Assembly (NCBI GenBank): GCA_903831815.1 | Contig: CAIKZC010000001.1 | Span: 149,502-213,501 of the forward strand | Direction: 5' to 3' | DNA: 64,000 nt | Source: an uncultured bacterium | GTDB lineage: Bacteria > Patescibacteriota > Minisyncoccia > Phycocordibacterales > UBA11359 | Shown: positions 45,364-55,413 of the stretch, piece by piece | How the letters are laid out: each line of letters starts with the position of its first letter | Position numbering within the stretch: position 1 is the stretch's first letter | The notes under the pieces: model-generated | Told to the model about the DNA's origin: nothing | The model's input: only the letters and a program-made list of their open reading frames with translations | The model's database searches: none | Position numbers and translations under genes: made by a program

Positions 45364-47028
45364 ATGTCATTAAAAGTACATTTTAAAAAATACCAAAAAT
45401 GGCAAGCGGTTATACTTGTTATATGTTTTATAACAGTACCTTTGGCAACTTTAACGATAATTCCAGAAAAAGCACAGGCGACATGTATGCCTGCGCCAGC
45501 GATCACGACTTACAATCCGGCGACAGTGCCGGTTAGTGAGTCGATGGATATTGCATACGTCACTCAAAAGCAATATGAGTCTCAAATTTATTACAAAACT
45601 TGCGTTTCGGACGGCATCGCCACGATCATCGGCAAACAGATCATAAAAGCACTTACGCGAAGCATTGTGCAATGGATAAATTCCGGTTTCAAAGGCAACC
45701 CCTCATTCATTCAAAATCCGGGAAAGTTTTTTACAGGCATCGCTGACAAAGTTGCGGGAAATATTATCGAAAGTATCGCACCATTTCTGTGTAGTCCTTT
45801 CAGATTAAATATTCAATTTGCTTTATCTATGGGAGTTTCAGCTCCGGGCGATGATATCAGTTGTACTTTTTCCGATGTTCAAAATAATATACAAGATTTT
45901 GCCAACAATACTAAAAGTCAGGCAAATAATTGGCAAAACTGGTTTCAAATCACGCAAAATCCTTCAAACAATCCTTACGGTGCGATAGCGATGGCACAAG
46001 GTAAAATGAATATCGGTATTTCAAGCGCCAACGGTGAGCAAGCACAGATGCTCGGATGGGGTAGTGGATTTTTGAGTTCCGAAGAATGTCCTTCCGATAC
46101 TCAATCAGCAGCTGAAGCGGCATATCACACCAATAATCCAAATGACAGACAAATATATGATGCAAAAAATCAACCGGTTTATGGCGTACAAGTTGGTGAC
46201 AATAATTGTTTGATCAAGACACCTGGTGCCACGATCGAACAAGGGCTTAGCGACAACATCGGTAGCGACTTACGCGGACTGGAAATCGCTCAAAGCATCG
46301 ATCAAATTTTTGCCGCTCTCGTCGGTCAACTTATGACACAAGCCCTTGGTGCCACCGGTTTGTCACATTCCGGAAGTTACAGTTCATCTGGTAATACAAG
46401 TCCTTACGGCGGAGTTAATAACAACATAAATTATCCTATTAGCGGTTCATGTACTCCGGATAAATTTACTGCAGATATCGGCGAACCTGTAACATGGAGC
46501 GTGTTTGTCGCTAATGCAAATCAAGATGATACATATATGTGGAGTGGGGACGAAGTTCCGACAAACGCCGATCAAACGCTTCCAAACATCACCATGTCAT
46601 ATGCTTCAAGTGGTACAAAAAACGCCGGTGTACTTGTAACTTCTTTGAATGGTGGAAATATCGATACACAAACCATCAGCTGCGTGCCCGCCGTCGTTAT
46701 AAAAACCACTCAAGCTGCATCTTCAACCATTCCGTCGCAGCCATCAGCACCATCGTTAACTTGTGCTCCGACAGCTAGCACGACAACAAGAGTTAATGGC
46801 CAAGCTAGTGTTACCTGGACAGCCACTTTGAATAATGCGCCGGCAGGTACGAGCTTACTTTATGACTGGACACTAAATCCGGGTCCAAGTGAAGTAAATA
46901 TCGTGAACCAATCCAATACTCTAACTCATATTTATACCGGAACCGGTTGGAAAAATACCCACGTCACAGCTCACGGAGACGGAAAAGTCTACGATGCGCC
47001 AAATTGTAGCGTATATATCTCGTCTTAA
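45364..47028 (+). CDS. Secreted or anchored hypothetical protein (554 aa), the first gene of the T4SS-like cluster
   Basis: It has an N-terminal signal/anchor and Cys pairs, with no recognizable catalytic motif. Confidence 0.5.
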   Translation: MSLKVHFKKYQKWQAVILVICFITVPLATLTIIPEKAQATCMPAPAITTYNPATVPVSESMDIAYVTQKQYESQIYYKTCVSDGIATIIGKQIIKALTRSIVQWINSGFKGNPSFIQNPGKFFTGIADKVAGNIIESIAPFLCSPFRLNIQFALSMGVSAPGDDISCTFSDVQNNIQDFANNTKSQANNWQNWFQITQNPSNNPYGAIAMAQGKMNIGISSANGEQAQMLGWGSGFLSSEECPSDTQSAAEAAYHTNNPNDRQIYDAKNQPVYGVQVGDNNCLIKTPGATIEQGLSDNIGSDLRGLEIAQSIDQIFAALVGQLMTQALGATGLSHSGSYSSSGNTSPYGGVNNNINYPISGSCTPDKFTADIGEPVTWSVFVANANQDDTYMWSGDEVPTNADQTLPNITMSYASSGTKNAGVLVTSLNGGNIDTQTISCVPAVVIKTTQAASSTIPSQPSAPSLTCAPTASTTTRVNGQASVTWTATLNNAPAGTSLLYDWTLNPGPSEVNIVNQSNTLTHIYTGTGWKNTHVTAHGDGKVYDAPNCSVYISS

Positions 47029-47031
47029 TAC

Positions 47032-49488
47032 ATGAAAAAACTTTTTGTCACATTTTTCATAACTCTCGCTTTAGCCGGATTTGGTGTGCCGAAATTTGTT
47101 TTAGCGATGGGTCTAACTGATCCGGGCACAGGTCAATCAATATTTATCACCACTCCTCCAGAATCTGGGGTCCAAGTTCCGGTTGGACAAAATAACGTTA
47201 ACGTATCCAATGCCAGACTAAATTATCAACAAGTTATGTCTGACCCAAATGCCACTGATGCGGATAGGGAACGAGCCAGACTTCAATTGGGGGTAAATCA
47301 ATCAATGGCAGACAATAGTAATAATTGCGGCGCTATAGATATCTACTGCAACATTCTTAATCTCTTTTATTTTGTTGTCTCTCTCGTAGGCAATTTTGTT
47401 CTGGAACTTACTTCATGGTTACTGTGGGCTAGCGGAGTACTTTTAAACATGACCGTTGTCCAACTGGTCGTCAACATGAAAAACGTGTTAGAAAAAATAA
47501 CCGTTATTTATTCTTCATGGACTATACTCCGAGACTTTGCCAACATGTTCTTTATTTTTATTTTGTTGGTCATTGCTATTCAAACAATACTTCAAACCGG
47601 AGATTACAAAAAACTTTTAACGAGAGTGGTTTTGGTGGCGTTGTTCATAAACTTCAGTTTCTTCTTTACGGGAGTAATGATCGATTTTTCAAACACATTA
47701 GCATTGTTGTTTTACAACGGGTTCACCAGCGGTCAAAACTGTGGATCGATCGAAAATATGGATGGATGTCTTAGTTTGACTATTGTTCAACAAATGAAAC
47801 TTACAACGCTTTTTATACCACCTGTCGGGGCAGCGATGGCAACCTCAAGTGCAAGGGTAGTGAAAGATTTAGCCAGTTTTTCCAGTTTCTTGATAAGGGT
47901 AGTTCTTGGGTCATGGCTCATGATCGTTGTGGCTGGAGTATTTTTAGCTTCCGCCGTATTAATCATATACAGATTTGTGACTCTATTGATGCTTTTGATG
48001 TTTTCACCACTGGCATTTGCGGCAAAAATTTTACCCAACACCGAAAAATATTGGAAAAAATGGTGGAATTTACTGACCACGCAATTAATTTTTGCTCCGG
48101 TTTATTTTATGTTCCTTTGGATCACCATGAGGATAATCACCAGCGGAACATTGTCGAGCGCTTTGAATATTGATGGAAATTCCAACTTTGGAAACGCTTT
48201 TTCCGGAAATCCAACCAGTCTTTTTGGACTGACTGTAAATTATATTATCGTTATTTCCTTGCTTGGCTTTAGTTTGAAATTGGCAAGCGAACTTGGCGCT
48301 AGCGGAACAGAAGCTGCAGGTAAATTATCCAAAGGTTTGACGGGAACGATTGGAGGGTGGCTAGGTAAACACTCTTATGGCCGCTTAGCTGAAAACCTTG
48401 ATAAAAGATGGCAAAAAAAGACTGGTTTCATGGGGGGGACTGGATTTATTGGCAGTCACCTAAGAAACGTTACAACTAAACCGGCAATGAAGGCGGATAT
48501 GGGCTTTGGATCATGGGAAGATCGACAGAAATCTGAAAAAGAACGTCTCAAAGCAAACGCTGAGCAAATCAGAAAAAATAAAAACCAATCAACATATGAG
48601 ACCGGTATAGCTGCACTTGAAAATGCCCACCCTCCAATTGAGCCAGCACCCCTTCTCCCTGGGGCTTCAGCTGCAGATACAACACGATTCAATAGTGAAA
48701 TGTCCGCATACAATGCTTATCAAAAACAAATTCAGGATTTGGCAGATTTGGTACAAAAATCAAGCACTAAGGATTTGACTGAAATGAAAGCAAATGATAT
48801 CGAAAAGCTGGCAAATGCAGGAATGCTTATGTCTAATCAAGTTTCAGCTATTTTGGATGATAAGAATGAAAAGCATAATAGTGCTGAGAAAGATTCGATC
48901 CGAGAAAGTTATTCCGCAAAAGCTAAAACGGCGGTGGAAAAGTATCTCACAGATCCAACTAACCAAAACCTTGAACGCGCTGCAAAATCTGCAATTGGCG
49001 ACTTGGGCGAAGATGGAATAAAACTAATTAGTCCAAATCTAACCAGTGGCAAAGGAAGAACATCCGAAACAATTATTCAGATGTCTTCAGGAAAACAATA
49101 TCAGGAAATACTTAAGAAGACGTATGGGGATGGCAAAAAGATCATTAGAGACGCAAGATTTAAACCCCTAATCGATCCGTCATCAACAATAGAGAAAAAC
49201 TTAAAGCAGTTAGGTTCACTTGACGGAGCAGATCTTGCTTATCTATTTAAAAATGCAGCCCCTGGTTCTGCTTATGACACAACTATAAACCAATTATTAA
49301 ATGACCCTGGAATAGTTGATGCTTTGGAACCGGCAAAACTTGCAAAAGCTGTTGAAGAAGGACTCGATTCAACAAATTCTCAAAAGATTAAACAAGCGAT
49401 AACAGACCATGCAGCAGCGATAGGAAGAGGGAGATTGTCGCCAAAGCATAAAAAATTAATTGATTGGATGAGACATACCGCATTTTAA
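47032..49488 (+). CDS. Large polytopic membrane protein (818 aa), VirB6/TrbL-like T4SS channel component candidate
   Basis: It has a signal peptide, at least 6 TM helices in the N-terminal half and a roughly 400-aa soluble C-terminal domain. It sits in a cluster with the PrgI-like and VirB4 genes. Confidence 0.45.
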   Translation: MKKLFVTFFITLALAGFGVPKFVLAMGLTDPGTGQSIFITTPPESGVQVPVGQNNVNVSNARLNYQQVMSDPNATDADRERARLQLGVNQSMADNSNNCGAIDIYCNILNLFYFVVSLVGNFVLELTSWLLWASGVLLNMTVVQLVVNMKNVLEKITVIYSSWTILRDFANMFFIFILLVIAIQTILQTGDYKKLLTRVVLVALFINFSFFFTGVMIDFSNTLALLFYNGFTSGQNCGSIENMDGCLSLTIVQQMKLTTLFIPPVGAAMATSSARVVKDLASFSSFLIRVVLGSWLMIVVAGVFLASAVLIIYRFVTLLMLLMFSPLAFAAKILPNTEKYWKKWWNLLTTQLIFAPVYFMFLWITMRIITSGTLSSALNIDGNSNFGNAFSGNPTSLFGLTVNYIIVISLLGFSLKLASELGASGTEAAGKLSKGLTGTIGGWLGKHSYGRLAENLDKRWQKKTGFMGGTGFIGSHLRNVTTKPAMKADMGFGSWEDRQKSEKERLKANAEQIRKNKNQSTYETGIAALENAHPPIEPAPLLPGASAADTTRFNSEMSAYNAYQKQIQDLADLVQKSSTKDLTEMKANDIEKLANAGMLMSNQVSAILDDKNEKHNSAEKDSIRESYSAKAKTAVEKYLTDPTNQNLERAAKSAIGDLGEDGIKLISPNLTSGKGRTSETIIQMSSGKQYQEILKKTYGDGKKIIRDARFKPLIDPSSTIEKNLKQLGSLDGADLAYLFKNAAPGSAYDTTINQLLNDPGIVDALEPAKLAKAVEEGLDSTNSQKIKQAITDHAAAIGRGRLSPKHKKLIDWMRHTAF

Positions 49489-49493
49489 TCAAT

Positions 49494-50252
49494 ATGAATG
49501 AAATAACCCTTAAACAAAAAATATTAAACTCTCCAGATGATATAAAACAAATCATCAACTCTTTTGATATTGCCGATTTTATTGACATGTTGACCACAAA
49601 ATATAAACTTTCCGAAGATCAATCTGGTAAAGTTTGGGATGAAATTATTTATGTTTTAGTTGGTTTATCAAAAAAATCTGATTTAACGAACCGAGTTGCT
49701 GCAATAGGAATTCAGCAAAACATTGTTGGAAATATCGTGAAAGCAATTGATGAAATAATATTCAGCAAAGTTAGGATTAGTTTGGAAAAAATTCAGTCAA
49801 CTATTTCTAATGATGCAAAAGTTGCGACTGCACTACCAACCACATCAACTCCATCACACGAAGAAGAGAATATAAACATGAATGATGTTTTAGCGGAAAT
49901 AGAAAATCCGACACCCACGAAACCGGCCGTGCAAAATCCGATAGGGAAGAATGTTATTTTGGATGCCCAACATAATCTGCCGGAGCAGGAAAAGAAAGTA
50001 TTAATCGGCAGCTCTGCTGTGCCTTCTCGCGGACCGATGCTTGGAAATTTTAAAGTTCAACCTATTTCTCGACCAATTCAACCTGTTTCTCAATCAATAC
50101 AGCCTATAATTCCTGTCACACCACCTCTGCAACCGACTCCGCAACCAGTTCAAGCGCCGAAAGCACCTCAGGCTCCATCAGCTCCAGCTCCATCGGTTCC
50201 AAAAGCCCCGAGTAAATATACTGTCGATCCGTACCGCGAGCCGTTGGAGTAA
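49494..50252 (+). CDS. Hypothetical protein with a Pro-rich C-terminal tail. The start is set at MNEITLKQ.
   Basis: The C-terminus is PIQPVSQSIQPIIPVTPPLQPTPQPVQAPKAPQAPSAPAPSVPKAP. Confidence 0.45.
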   Translation: MNEITLKQKILNSPDDIKQIINSFDIADFIDMLTTKYKLSEDQSGKVWDEIIYVLVGLSKKSDLTNRVAAIGIQQNIVGNIVKAIDEIIFSKVRISLEKIQSTISNDAKVATALPTTSTPSHEEENINMNDVLAEIENPTPTKPAVQNPIGKNVILDAQHNLPEQEKKVLIGSSAVPSRGPMLGNFKVQPISRPIQPVSQSIQPIIPVTPPLQPTPQPVQAPKAPQAPSAPAPSVPKAPSKYTVDPYREPLE

Positions 50253-50271
50253 TTTGTGATACAATATAAAA

Positions 50272-50682
50272 ATGCGATATCAAGTTCCCCAATTTATTGA
50301 AATCGAGGACAAGATCTTTGGACCACTTACGATCAAGCAGTTCGTATATCTCGCTGGCGGGGCAGCACTGTCATATCTCGTCTATGCGCTTTTGAGTCCA
50401 TATTTGCCATTTTTTATCGTTATCATTCTGATGTTACCGACCGCCGCATTTGGTGTGGCGTTGGCATTTTACAAGATCAACAACAAACCGTTCATCAACG
50501 TCGTTGAAGCTGCCATAAAATATTATATCGGAAGTAAATTGTATCTTTGGAAAAAAGAGGCCAAACAAGTCACGAAACAGGAAGTCACTGCATCTGCAAA
50601 CGCAACAATAGTTCCAAAACTGGCCGACAGCAAGCTTAAAGATCTGGCCTGGAACCTAGATATTTCGGAGAAAAAAATATAA
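50272..50682 (+). CDS. PrgI-family (VirB3-like) small membrane protein of a Gram-positive-type T4SS
   Basis: The N-terminus MRYQVPQFIEIEDKIFGPLTIKQFVYLAGG is followed by two TM helices, matching the PrgI family from memory. Confidence 0.6.
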   Translation: MRYQVPQFIEIEDKIFGPLTIKQFVYLAGGAALSYLVYALLSPYLPFFIVIILMLPTAAFGVALAFYKINNKPFINVVEAAIKYYIGSKLYLWKKEAKQVTKQEVTASANATIVPKLADSKLKDLAWNLDISEKKI

Positions 50683-50696
50683 AATTAACCAACATT

Positions 50697-51338
50697 ATGC
50701 CCGTATCAGCCAAAGCAACACAAGATTTTGTTCCCATCAAAGAAATTCGTGATGGTGTAGTTATTTTGAAGGATGGATCGATGCGATCCATTTTGTTGGC
50801 TTCATCACTCAACCTGGCCCTAAAATCCGCCGATGAACAACAAGCTATCCTCATGCAATTTCAAGATTTTCTTAACTCCTTGGATTTTTCCGTACAAATT
50901 TTTGTTGAATCTCGCCGTTTAGATATTCGACCGTACATGGCCCTTCTCGAACAGCGATATAAAGAACAAACAACGGATCTAATGAAACTGCAAACGCGAG
51001 AATATATTGAATTCATCAGGAATTTTACGGAAAGCGTCAGTATTATGACCAAAAGCTTTTTTGTGGTCATTCCTTATATGCCTCCGATTCTTACGAGCGG
51101 CAGTAGTTTAAATATTTTGAGCAAGAAAAAGAGCACTGCCGCATCAAAAGTTTTAGATGCTACGGCTCAATTTGAAGAGAATCGTAGCCAATTGGATCAG
51201 CGTATTTCGGTTGCCGAACAAGGTTTAATGCGATGCGGGATCAGAGTCATAAAACTAGGAAGCGAAGAAATGGTTGAGCTTTATTACAAACTGTTCAACC
51301 CCGGTGAGACCGAGAAACCTATCCAACTAAGCAATTAA
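50697..51338 (+). CDS. Protein resembling the extreme N-terminal region of VirB4/TrbE ATPases; possibly a split-off VirB4 N-domain
   Basis: VPIKEIRDGVVILKDGSMRSILLASSLNLALKSADEQQAILMQFQDFLNSL parallels the conserved VirB4 N-terminus (for example, TrwK TIISTKNAEYLSVWKIDGRSHQSASEADVFQWIRELNNTL). It ends 1 nt before the VirB4 ATPase ORF, in a different frame. Confidence 0.35.
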   Translation: MPVSAKATQDFVPIKEIRDGVVILKDGSMRSILLASSLNLALKSADEQQAILMQFQDFLNSLDFSVQIFVESRRLDIRPYMALLEQRYKEQTTDLMKLQTREYIEFIRNFTESVSIMTKSFFVVIPYMPPILTSGSSLNILSKKKSTAASKVLDATAQFEENRSQLDQRISVAEQGLMRCGIRVIKLGSEEMVELYYKLFNPGETEKPIQLSN

Positions 51339-51339
51339 T

Positions 51340-53175
51340 ATGGGAATTTTAAATAATTTATTCGGCAATAAAGATAGCGCTCCGATTCGAACGGCTCTGC
51401 CTCAAGAGTTGTACGATTCGAGCGCGCTAGAACTCAAAGACATCATCGCGCCATCTGCTCTCAAAGTTTCTCCTCGAGAACTCAGTTTGGGTGACAAGAT
51501 AGTCAGAACTTTTTTTGTCATTTCCTACCCAAGATTTTTGGCGGAAAGTTGGTTTTCGCCGATCATCAACCTCGATAAAGCTTTCGATATTTCCATTTTT
51601 ATTCATCCGATTGAAACCGCAAAAATCCTCCGACAATTTCAAAAGAAAGTTGCCGAAGTCCAAAGCCAGATCCAGGTCAGGGCAGACAAGGGTTTGGTGC
51701 GTGACCCGATGCTTGATACGGCCTATCAGGATCTGGAAGATCTACGCGATAGACTTCAACAGGCTCAAGAAAAACTTTTTGATGTTGGTCTTTATATTTC
51801 CATTTACGGCAATACCACCGACGAGTTGGACAAAGCCGAGTCGGAAATCAAATCGATTTTGGAAGCAAAGTTGGTCTATGTAAAACCGGCCCTCTTTCAA
51901 CAAGAGCAGGGTTTCAACAGTATCGCTCCAATTTGCACCGATGTATTACAAGTGCATTCAAAACTAAATTCATCTCCGCTTTCCAGCCTTTTCCCATTTA
52001 TTTCCTTCGATCTTACTTCAGAGAAGGGGATTCTATACGGCGTCAATCGCCACAATTCAAGTCTCATTTTATTCGATCGCTTCTCGCTCGAAAACTACAA
52101 CTCGATCATTTTCGCAAAATCCGGTTCCGGAAAATCCTACATGACCAAGCTGGAGATTCTACGTACATTGATGTTTGACGTTGATGTAATCGTCATTGAT
52201 CCGGAAAAAGAATACGAAACTATGACCGAGGCCACTGGCGGAAAATATTTCAATATTTCTCTAAACTCCGACAACCACATCAACCCATTTGACCTGCCAC
52301 TCCCTGGAGAAGATGAGTCCAGCGCCGATGTCCTAAGATCCAACACGATCCATCTGGTCGGGCTATTCCGAATTATGTTGGGCGGACTTTCACCGGAAGA
52401 AGACGCAATCATCGACCGCGCCATCACTGAAACCTATGCACTCAAAGACATTACCCCTGAATCAAATTTCACCAATACCGAACCGCCGCTAATGTCCGAC
52501 TTTGAAATGGTTCTAGGTGGCATGCAGGGTGGGGAATCGCTAGCGCAGCGCCTCACTAAATACACCAGAGGCACTTGGTCCGGTTTCATTAACCAACCAA
52601 CCTCCGTTGATATCAACAATAAGTTCGTGGTCTTTTCTCTACGAGACATGGAAGACGAGCTGAAAACGGTGGCAATGTATATTGTCACTCATTATATATG
52701 GAATGCCGTGCGTCGAGTTCATAAAAAACGTTTGCTTGTTATTGATGAAGCTTGGTGGCTCATGAAATCCGAAGACACTGCCTCTTTCCTTCTAAACATG
52801 GCAAAACGCGGACGTAAATATTTCCTCGGACTCGCAACGATCACTCAGGACGTCGACGACTTTTTGAATTCTCCTTACGGTCTTCCGATTATCACCAACT
52901 CTTCAATCCAAATTTTGCTCAAACAATCTCCAACCTCGATGGATAAGTTACAACAAACATTTAATCTTACTGATGAAGAAAAATATTTGTTGTTGGAATC
53001 AGATGTGGGAGAGGGGATCTTCTTTGCCGGCTTGAAACACGTAGCTATAAAAGTTATTCGTTCGTACACCGAAGACCAGATCGTCACTTCCGACCCTTCA
53101 CAAATTCTTTCAATCAAAAAAGCTAAAGAAGATCTCGAAAAAGCCGGAACAAATACCACTACTAGCGGTCAATAA
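51340..53175 (+). CDS. virB4: VirB4/TrbE/CagE-family T4SS ATPase
   Basis: It has the Walker A AKSGSGKSY, the Walker B LLVIDEAWW and the conserved YP...WF N-domain block. 213 + 611 aa gives the usual ~800-aa VirB4 length. Confidence 0.85.
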   Translation: MGILNNLFGNKDSAPIRTALPQELYDSSALELKDIIAPSALKVSPRELSLGDKIVRTFFVISYPRFLAESWFSPIINLDKAFDISIFIHPIETAKILRQFQKKVAEVQSQIQVRADKGLVRDPMLDTAYQDLEDLRDRLQQAQEKLFDVGLYISIYGNTTDELDKAESEIKSILEAKLVYVKPALFQQEQGFNSIAPICTDVLQVHSKLNSSPLSSLFPFISFDLTSEKGILYGVNRHNSSLILFDRFSLENYNSIIFAKSGSGKSYMTKLEILRTLMFDVDVIVIDPEKEYETMTEATGGKYFNISLNSDNHINPFDLPLPGEDESSADVLRSNTIHLVGLFRIMLGGLSPEEDAIIDRAITETYALKDITPESNFTNTEPPLMSDFEMVLGGMQGGESLAQRLTKYTRGTWSGFINQPTSVDINNKFVVFSLRDMEDELKTVAMYIVTHYIWNAVRRVHKKRLLVIDEAWWLMKSEDTASFLLNMAKRGRKYFLGLATITQDVDDFLNSPYGLPIITNSSIQILLKQSPTSMDKLQQTFNLTDEEKYLLLESDVGEGIFFAGLKHVAIKVIRSYTEDQIVTSDPSQILSIKKAKEDLEKAGTNTTTSGQ

Positions 53176-53177
53176 TC

Positions 53178-53888
53178 ATGGAACCAAATACGCCTCAACC
53201 AGGCAGAATAGCTCCAAAAGCGTCTTCGATGTCTGCAACACAAAACTTCGGAGGCATTCAAAAAGCACTGCATCAATTGCCGGAACAAACTAAAGCAGAT
53301 ATAGACAAAGGTTTTGCCAAAATGTTAAGTCCGGCAACTGGTATGGCAGTAAACGCCGGCAAGTCAAAGGATGTTGAGATTGCCGTTACAAACAGAAATA
53401 AATTAAATGATTTCGCAAAAAACCGCCAAATGGGCGGAAACATGGAAATCCCATCTTCAGAAAAAAGACTGACCCCATTCGGACGGGTCGCATTTATTGG
53501 ATTTGCCGCCTTGGTTGATGCCACAGAATTTGTTCTCGACGGTTTTGCTGTAGGAGTAGTAGTTAACCGAATCATAGACATGACCGTCGGTGCAATTTTT
53601 TTAGCATATTTTTTTTACAAAGGACTTTCTATTGCGGACAACTCATCTGTCTTTGGATCAATCATCGGCACAATCGCCGGTGAATTTATTCCATTGGTCG
53701 ATATTGCACCTTTTTTCGCACTAGATGCATGGTATATAACTCGTGCCATAAAAATGAAAGATAAAGCCAATCAAACGGCAATTGATTCGGAAGTCAAAGC
53801 CGTAATTGAAGAACAACAACGTCAGGCATGGATTCAAAACTATCAAGAACAAAATATGATGGAACAAGCAGAAGAACTGGAAGAATAG
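53178..53888 (+). CDS. Membrane protein (236 aa), unknown T4SS-cluster component
   Basis: It has 3-4 TM helices in the central region and an acidic C-terminus. Confidence 0.5.
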   Translation: MEPNTPQPGRIAPKASSMSATQNFGGIQKALHQLPEQTKADIDKGFAKMLSPATGMAVNAGKSKDVEIAVTNRNKLNDFAKNRQMGGNMEIPSSEKRLTPFGRVAFIGFAALVDATEFVLDGFAVGVVVNRIIDMTVGAIFLAYFFYKGLSIADNSSVFGSIIGTIAGEFIPLVDIAPFFALDAWYITRAIKMKDKANQTAIDSEVKAVIEEQQRQAWIQNYQEQNMMEQAEELEE

Positions 53889-53916
53889 ATGTTAATAATG
53901 GTATAATAAAATAGAC

Positions 53917-54951
53917 ATGTTTAGATATCTAAAAATAAATATTTTTATCTTTTCACTACTTTTTTTAAGTATTTTTTCTTTTAATTTTTACGCTAATGCC
54001 CAGTCTGCCCAAGAAATTATCAATGGGGTGCAAAACAATATCCAGATCTCTCTCAGTCCTCAATACCCCAAAGCAGGGGATATGGTGAACGTTCATTTGG
54101 AAAGTTACAGTACTTCGCTTAATGCCGCAAAAATTTCATGGATGATTGGAGGAATTGTGCAAAAAAGCGGATTTGGTTTGGTTGATTTCTCCACAAAAGC
54201 GGGATTAGTTGGCAGTGTGACTAAAGTAACTGCTCAGATCGTAACATCCAATGGATCAACGGTTGAAAAAACAATCACAATCCAACCGGTTGATATAGAT
54301 ATTTTATGGCAAGCCACATCTTATGTGCCGCCATTTTATCAAGGAAAAGCTTTATACCCTCATCAAGGGTTGATTACTTTAACGGCAGTGCCAAATGTTT
54401 CGGCAAACGGCAATATCGCGAAATCAATCGGTTCGTATATTTATACTTGGAAAAAAGACGGCGATGTCCTCGGTGATTTTTCGGGTTATGGCAAAGACAC
54501 TTTTACTCTGAGAGGCACGATCATATCTCGACCTTTTACGATCGAAGTTGATGTCAGTTCAACCGACGGCGCTTCTCTCGGTTCCGCAAGCGTTCTCGTA
54601 AACCCACAAGTTACGCAAGTCGCTTTTTATGAAAAAAATCCATTGCTTGGTGTTTTATATAACAAAAAACTTTCGAATTTCACAATGACCGGAAAGGAAC
54701 TTACCATCTCCGCTGCGCCATTTTACTTTAATACGGGCAGCGAGCCGGCCAATTTGCAATATCTCTGGTCAATGAATGGCAATAGTATCACTTCGCAAAA
54801 CGATCCATCACTTATTACCGTTCGAAACACTTCAGGAGTAAGCGGCAGTGCCACAATTGGACTTCAAGTCAGCAATCTCCTAAAATCTTTGCAATTTTCT
54901 TCAAATTCAATGACGGTAACCTTTGGTAAAAGTAACCAATCCAGTATATGA
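53917..54951 (+). CDS. Secreted hypothetical protein (344 aa) with a signal peptide
   Basis: The N-terminus is MFRYLKINIFIFSLLFLSIFSFNFYANAQS, followed by beta-rich repeats. Confidence 0.5.
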   Translation: MFRYLKINIFIFSLLFLSIFSFNFYANAQSAQEIINGVQNNIQISLSPQYPKAGDMVNVHLESYSTSLNAAKISWMIGGIVQKSGFGLVDFSTKAGLVGSVTKVTAQIVTSNGSTVEKTITIQPVDIDILWQATSYVPPFYQGKALYPHQGLITLTAVPNVSANGNIAKSIGSYIYTWKKDGDVLGDFSGYGKDTFTLRGTIISRPFTIEVDVSSTDGASLGSASVLVNPQVTQVAFYEKNPLLGVLYNKKLSNFTMTGKELTISAAPFYFNTGSEPANLQYLWSMNGNSITSQNDPSLITVRNTSGVSGSATIGLQVSNLLKSLQFSSNSMTVTFGKSNQSSI

Positions 54952-55370
54952 AACAATTTGTAATTATTTTTTTAATAATAGTTGCCGCGGTTGGCATTAA
55001 GATCAACTTTACATCAGCGGTGGGATGTGGAGGATCGTTAGATTCTAATTCTGGATGTTACCAACCCTTGGCCCCAATAACCGACCCTGAAACACATCAA
55101 ACCCTTACGGCAACTAATTTCCCTGATTATCTCCAAGCAATATATCGTATAGGAATCGGTGTTTGTTTTGCCTTGGGAGTGATCATGTTCACATGGGCTG
55201 GGATTGAATACATCGTCAGTGAAGCTATGAACACCAAAGCTGATGCTAAAAAACGAATGCAAGCGGCACTTATAGGACTTGCTATAGCGCTTGTTTCTTA
55301 TATTCTCCTAAATACGATTAATCCTGACCTTCTGAAATTACAAAATATAAACGTTAGTACTTCACCATAA
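54948..55370 (+). CDS. Small two-helix membrane protein, VirB2/TrbC-like T4SS pilin candidate
   Basis: It has a signal peptide followed by two hydrophobic helices of about 20 aa each, for 140 aa, and sits in the T4SS-like cluster. The call rests on architecture only. Confidence 0.3.
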   Translation: MKQFVIIFLIIVAAVGIKINFTSAVGCGGSLDSNSGCYQPLAPITDPETHQTLTATNFPDYLQAIYRIGIGVCFALGVIMFTWAGIEYIVSEAMNTKADAKKRMQAALIGLAIALVSYILLNTINPDLLKLQNINVSTSP

Positions 55371-55413
55371 TAATGAGGTTATGGTATTGAAGTAATTGGT
55401 AATAAACAAAAAC

